64,000 nucleotides of DNA. Origin: Acidimicrobiales bacterium. Lineage in GTDB: Bacteria; Actinomycetota; Acidimicrobiia; Acidimicrobiales; RAAP-2. The notes beneath the pieces are model-generated. The model did no database searches. It was given only the letters and a program-made list of their open reading frames with translations, and was not told where the DNA came from. The stretch is from positions 63,692 to 127,691 of the forward strand of contig DATLSF010000024.1 of assembly GCA_035534335.1 (NCBI GenBank), given 5' to 3'. The position numbers and the translations under genes were made by a program. The first letter of the stretch is position 1, and every line of letters starts with the position of its first letter. This document shows positions 59,923-64,000 of the stretch, one piece after another.

Positions 59923-60201
59923 GTGAGCCAGGTCCCAATCAGTGAAGCAATCGAGGTCATCGACCCGGTGGGCCACGTCCAGGTCGTCTATCTCGGTCCA
60001 GTCGCCCCGCACTGGGAGTGCCGAATGGTCTTCGGCGACGAAGAGCAGATCCAATCCTTCGTGGACCGCATCGACGCGCGCCTGCGCTTCCTGCCGCCCC
60101 ACGACCCGCAGTTCCGGCGCAACCGTGAGCGGGTCAACCGCGACGCCGAGCGTGAGAACCTGTTGGTGGAGTGGAACCTCGGCTACGAGGAAGAGTCCTA
60201 A
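59923..60201 (+). CDS. Hypothetical small protein
   Basis: 92 aa, AAGGAG SD, -10 TAGGCT at 59890-59895, plausible codon usage. Confidence 0.7.
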   Translation: MSQVPISEAIEVIDPVGHVQVVYLGPVAPHWECRMVFGDEEQIQSFVDRIDARLRFLPPHDPQFRRNRERVNRDAERENLLVEWNLGYEEES

Positions 60202-60210
60202 ACAGCCCGA

Positions 60211-61332
60211 CTAGGCCAGCGGCGACGTCGTGACCCGTTCGTACCAGAGTTCGGGCTTGGTCAGTTCGTCGTAGCTCGGCAGTCCGTCCACGCGCAGCAG
60301 CGCGTCGAACACCGACAGCGAATGGGCCGCAGTGAGCGTGGCCACGAAGGACTGCGCCGCGTCGTGGTGGGCGCCCTGCGTGGAGATCCCAAAGAGCGCC
60401 GCCGCGGCGTCCTCGCCGCGCGCGTCGCTGCGCCGGTGGCGACGGTACGCCTCGACGAGGGCCGGTCGCGGACCCAGCAGCGTCTCGGTGATCTGGTGGG
60501 CGGCCGCGTCGAAGAAGGCCAGCAGCACGCTCGTCGCGGCGTTGAGCGCGCGCGTCGCCGCTGAGTCCTCCGGCACGGTGATGCCCTCCAACAGTGCTTC
60601 GGGGTTCTGCATCAGTGACGACAGGTCGTCGGGGTTGACGAGTGAGGAGAGCCGGTCCAACAGGTCGCCCTGAGCCGCCGCGGCCTCGCGCACGCCGTCG
60701 AGCAGCAACGCGCGCAACGCGTCACCGGTGCCCGGCTGGGACAGTACCAGCGACGCCACGAACTCCTGGGCCATCGCGAAGACGTAGACCTCATCACGCT
60801 CCAGCGACCACGACTCGCAGAAGGTCGCGAGGTTGTTGACCACCACGAGACGCTCGTCGTTCTCTCGCGGCAGCGCCAGTGCGGCCAGGGACCACGCGCG
60901 CTCGGTGAAGTGGCCGGCGACCGAGCCCATCTGGAACCCGGTGAAGAGTGGACCCAGGGCCGCCACCATCTGGGCCAGCACGGGACCCTGGTCGTCGTCG
61001 AGGTCTTCGGGAAGCGCCAGGGTGCGCGTGACGATGGGCTCGATCAGTGGTCGCCACTGCGCCAGGGCCGCGACCGCCAGCGCGGAGCGGTTGATCGCGG
61101 TGACCTTCGGCTCGCGTGCCACTGAGAAGATTGCGTCGACGTGGCGGCCCACCAGGGGCGCCCACTCCTCGAGACGCTGACGCTCCACCGGCTGGGGATT
61201 GGGGTCACCGTCCTCGCCGCGCGCGATCGACAGCGCCAGCTGGGTGGCGGTGTCGAACCACGCGTTCGGCCCCTGTTGGCCCAGGAGGTTGAAGATGTCC
61301 CCAAAGAAGCCGCCAAAGGGGTTGTCGGTCAC
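60211..61332 (-). CDS. DUF2342 (zinc-metalloprotease-like) protein lacking the HExxH motif
   Basis: W...QLALSIA...DPNP, FTGFQMGS..GH...A, LVVVNNL..F...W. The motif position reads MAQEFVA. Confidence 0.7.
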   Translation of the reverse strand: MTDNPFGGFFGDIFNLLGQQGPNAWFDTATQLALSIARGEDGDPNPQPVERQRLEEWAPLVGRHVDAIFSVAREPKVTAINRSALAVAALAQWRPLIEPIVTRTLALPEDLDDDQGPVLAQMVAALGPLFTGFQMGSVAGHFTERAWSLAALALPRENDERLVVVNNLATFCESWSLERDEVYVFAMAQEFVASLVLSQPGTGDALRALLLDGVREAAAAQGDLLDRLSSLVNPDDLSSLMQNPEALLEGITVPEDSAATRALNAATSVLLAFFDAAAHQITETLLGPRPALVEAYRRHRRSDARGEDAAAALFGISTQGAHHDAAQSFVATLTAAHSLSVFDALLRVDGLPSYDELTKPELWYERVTTSPLA

Positions 61333-61341
61333 CAAAACAAC

Positions 61342-62430
61342 CTAGAGGGCACAGGCGAGTATGACCACGGCGTGGTGTGTCACCGAGCCGCGCAGGAAGG
61401 CGATGTTGGTCAGTGCGCCGGCGGGCGTCAGGTAGAGCGCGGTGAGGAGGGAGTTCCAATTCTCGATGCTGTGCCCGGCAACCTTGAGGACCACGTCGCC
61501 CGCACGCAAGAAGCCGGTGGCGCTGCCGTGTCGGGCCACCGACGTGACCATCACGCCGCCGCCCTGAGCGCTGGTGCCCGTGATGCCCAGGCTCGAGTGG
61601 CAGCCGTTGCCGGTCGCCACGATGTCGGCGACGCGCGCGACGAACTGCGCCGAGTACCACAGGTGATTGGCCGAGAGCACGGCGACGACCGTTCCGTTGG
61701 CGTCGACCGCCACGGCGTCGGTCAACGCGTTCAGGTTCCAGTGCGGCTGCGTGGCCAGGTAGCTCACGACGCCGTTGGCGGTGAGCGTGGGGTCGCCGAG
61801 GGTGGTGGCCGCGGACACGAATCGCAGCGGTGCGCTGGCCGAGGTGACGATCGGAGCGACCGCGGTGACCGACGCCGCGGCGGGAAGCGGACCCAACTTC
61901 AACGCCGGCACGCCGACGCCAAGGCGCACGATGGAAAAGCCCATGGTGTCGTCGTATCCCACCCAGGTCACCGGGACGCGGGCCCTGGTTGCCGTCGAGG
62001 CGAAGAGGAGGGCGCCGTGGGGGATCGGCGAGGTGGTGACCGCGAGATTGTTGGCCAACACCATCGCGGCCACGGTGTAGATGTGACCGGGGCCGGGGTC
62101 GGTGATGGTCAGATCCACCGTCCTCGCGGCGGCCTGTTGCGCCACGGCCGGAAGGTGGGACCAGGTCACCGCCGTCTGCGTGAGCATGTCGATGTTGCTG
62201 GGTGTGACGCCGCGCGTCGAGGCGAGGCCCGCCCCGCCCGCCAACAGGGCGACGACCGTGACCGACGCCAACACCGCCGCGACGCGTGATCGAAGGCGCT
62301 TACGGGTGGCCGCCAGGGAGTCAAAACTGGGCAGTTCACTGGGGTGCATCCACGCCCGCTCGCCCGCCGGCGGCGGCGCGCCGTGGCGCCGCCACGGCAG
62401 CCACGCAGACGTTCGAGAGACCCAACCCAT
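61342..62430 (-). CDS. Membrane-anchored trypsin-like/PDZ protein (HtrA-like, no recognisable catalytic triad)
   Basis: WMHPSE, TM, trypsin-like fold remnants (VGYD..GFSIVRL, VDANGTVV), PDZ (LGITG, GGVMV.SV, LRAGDVV). Confidence 0.65.
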   Translation of the reverse strand: MGWVSRTSAWLPWRRHGAPPPAGERAWMHPSELPSFDSLAATRKRLRSRVAAVLASVTVVALLAGGAGLASTRGVTPSNIDMLTQTAVTWSHLPAVAQQAAARTVDLTITDPGPGHIYTVAAMVLANNLAVTTSPIPHGALLFASTATRARVPVTWVGYDDTMGFSIVRLGVGVPALKLGPLPAAASVTAVAPIVTSASAPLRFVSAATTLGDPTLTANGVVSYLATQPHWNLNALTDAVAVDANGTVVAVLSANHLWYSAQFVARVADIVATGNGCHSSLGITGTSAQGGGVMVTSVARHGSATGFLRAGDVVLKVAGHSIENWNSLLTALYLTPAGALTNIAFLRGSVTHHAVVILACAL

Positions 62431-62489
62431 GATTTTCAAGGCTAGTTAGCGAAAGGCCTTGCAAACAGGTCGCTCTAGCATCGTTGGCT

Positions 62490-63494
62490 ATGGCCACCGA
62501 CGTTGCACTCGACGTGGGCACGGGCTGGACCCGATTGGCGAGCGCCGACGAGGGGCTGCTGTTCAACGAGCCGACGATCGTGGCCATCGACACGCGCTCG
62601 GGCGAAGTTGTCGAGCTCGGCTTCGGTGCGTTGGACCTCGTCGCGAGAACCTCGCGTCACGTCATCGCATTTCGTCCGCTCTCCCAAGGTGCCACCGTCG
62701 ACTTCGACGTGACGGCACGACTTCTGTCGGGGCTCTTCGACCGGGCGGGCATCTCCAAGATCAGTCGCGTGCGCGCCCTGATGAGCGTCCCGTCCCTGGC
62801 TACGCCCATCGAGCGTCGGGCCTTGCGCCAGGCGGCGATTCAGGCCGGCGCGCGTGAGGTCAGCCTGCTCGAGGCGCCCCTGGCCGCGGCGATCGGTTTG
62901 GGTCTGCCGGTCCAGGACCCCGTTGGTTCGGCCGTCACCGTGCTCGGCGCAGGTGCGTCAGAAGCGGCGTTGCTCTCGTTGGGTGGGATTGTGACGTCGG
63001 CGACTCGACGACACGGTGGTGTCGACCTTGATGCGGCCATCGCGTCGCTGCTTCGGCAACGTCACGGTGTCGTCGTCTCACCCGCCGTGACCGAGGCGTT
63101 GAAGGTGAACCTGGGATCGGCGCGCGGACTCACGCGCGGCCTCACCGAGGAGGTGGTCGCGCGCACGGTGAGCCGCGGCGAGCCGGTGCGACTGACCGTG
63201 GGCGCCGACCTCGTCAACGTCGCGCTGCACGACGTCGTGGCTTCCACGGTGCGGATGGTCCAGGACTCCTTGGCCGACGCGCCGCCGGACCTCTCCCAGG
63301 ACGTCAGCGCACGAGGACTCACGCTGGTGGGCGGTCTGTCGCGTCTCGGTGACCTGGCCGACCTGATCTCGACGAACACCGGTGTCGAGATCCGCGTGGC
63401 CGACGACCCGGAGCTCGTCGTGATCCGAGGACTGCAACTGTGCCTGGAGGAGATGTCCTCGCTGCACCCGTTGTTCCGCGACGCCGACCTCTAA
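62490..63494 (+). CDS. mreB: MreB-like actin-fold protein, solo paralog with degenerate ATPase motifs
   Basis: LDVGT, NEPTIVAID, RPL..G, ATPIERRAL..A..AGAREV, AAAIG.GLPV, PPDLSQD...RGLTLVGG, ADDP. Confidence 0.85.
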   Translation: MATDVALDVGTGWTRLASADEGLLFNEPTIVAIDTRSGEVVELGFGALDLVARTSRHVIAFRPLSQGATVDFDVTARLLSGLFDRAGISKISRVRALMSVPSLATPIERRALRQAAIQAGAREVSLLEAPLAAAIGLGLPVQDPVGSAVTVLGAGASEAALLSLGGIVTSATRRHGGVDLDAAIASLLRQRHGVVVSPAVTEALKVNLGSARGLTRGLTEEVVARTVSRGEPVRLTVGADLVNVALHDVVASTVRMVQDSLADAPPDLSQDVSARGLTLVGGLSRLGDLADLISTNTGVEIRVADDPELVVIRGLQLCLEEMSSLHPLFRDADL

Positions 63495-64000
63495 AGCTCG
63501 TCGTCACCGAGTTGGTCGGCGGCTGCACGCACCTGCCAATCACGGTCCTCGCGCGCTCGCGCCAGCGCCGCCTCGACGTCGGGCCCCTCAAAGTTGGCCA
63601 GTGCCACGACCGCGCGACGCCGAACCGGCGGCTTGTCGTCCAGTGCCGCGATGATGGCCTCGCGGCCCCGGTCGTCGCCGAGTGTCCCGAGGGCGGCGAC
63701 GGCCGCCTCACGACACCGGGCGTCCGCGTGGTGGCCCGCCACTCGCACCAGATCGTCCACTGCCGCGACGACCAATCGCTCACCCAGGGCGAAGGCGGCC
63801 GCGTCCACGACGAGTGCATCGGCGTCGTCGAGCGCCTCGACCATGGCCGCGCGCACCGCGTCGTCGTCGGATCCGTCGTGCGCGTAGAGCGTGAGGGCGT
63901 CGCGACGCACCTCGGCGCTCGCGTCGGTCATCGCACGACGCCACGCCGCTGGGCTGAGCAGGTGGCGTTGAGCCCCCGCGCGCAGCGCGAGGACGCGAGC
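63491..64000 (-). CDS. HEAT-repeat protein, 5' end beyond the window
   Basis: Repeated VRRxA/CREAAVAALG/VRRRAVVALA/WQVRAAA units. The frame is open to nt 64000. Confidence 0.8.
   Translation of the reverse strand, partial: ARVLALRAGAQRHLLSPAAWRRAMTDASAEVRRDALTLYAHDGSDDDAVRAAMVEALDDADALVVDAAAFALGERLVVAAVDDLVRVAGHHADARCREAAVAALGTLGDDRGREAIIAALDDKPPVRRRAVVALANFEGPDVEAALARAREDRDWQVRAAADQLGDDEL

Noticed and set aside
1-64000. tRNA, rRNA, CRISPR array, transposase, integrase or prophage genes
   Set aside because: No cloverleaf, repeat-spacer periodicity or mobile-element protein motifs were noticed. Intergenic gaps are short.

Overview
High-GC (about 70%) actinobacterial chromosome segment. Gene content and protein style best fit Acidimicrobiia (inference). 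It is mostly core metabolism: the tail of a SodX-like S26 peptidase; an ECF sigma/DUF4349 pair; mshA-ybjN-proC-rex-hemACDBL; a ZIP transporter; a MenJ-like reductase; two family III CoA-transferases; a complete nuoA-N operon; a small accessory block (ATP-grasp protein, a DHFR-like gene with an in-frame stop, an aminoacyl-PG synthase fusion, a HAD phosphatase, a methyltransferase); hemE-hemH-hemY; helD; ctaE-qcrCAB; hutGHUI; an AAA+/VWA pair; two whiB genes flanking ftcD; and a terminal cluster. I found no rRNA, tRNA, CRISPR array or mobile element. The most unusual signals are: (1) three adjacent apparent pseudoenzymes at 60.2-63.5 kb (an MreB paralog that has lost the E136/D158-equivalent residues, an HtrA/PDZ protein with no recognisable catalytic triad, and a DUF2342 protein without HExxH), the first two of which share a 59-bp divergent promoter region; (2) an aminoacyl-PG synthase fused to a degenerate metallophosphoesterase; (3) a 7-codon leaderless uORF coupled to a whiB start; (4) a divergent Rex, with a shared TAGAAAT motif ahead of both respiratory operons; and (5) widespread leaderless-promoter architecture. 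All family assignments come from motif recognition by eye; no database search was run.
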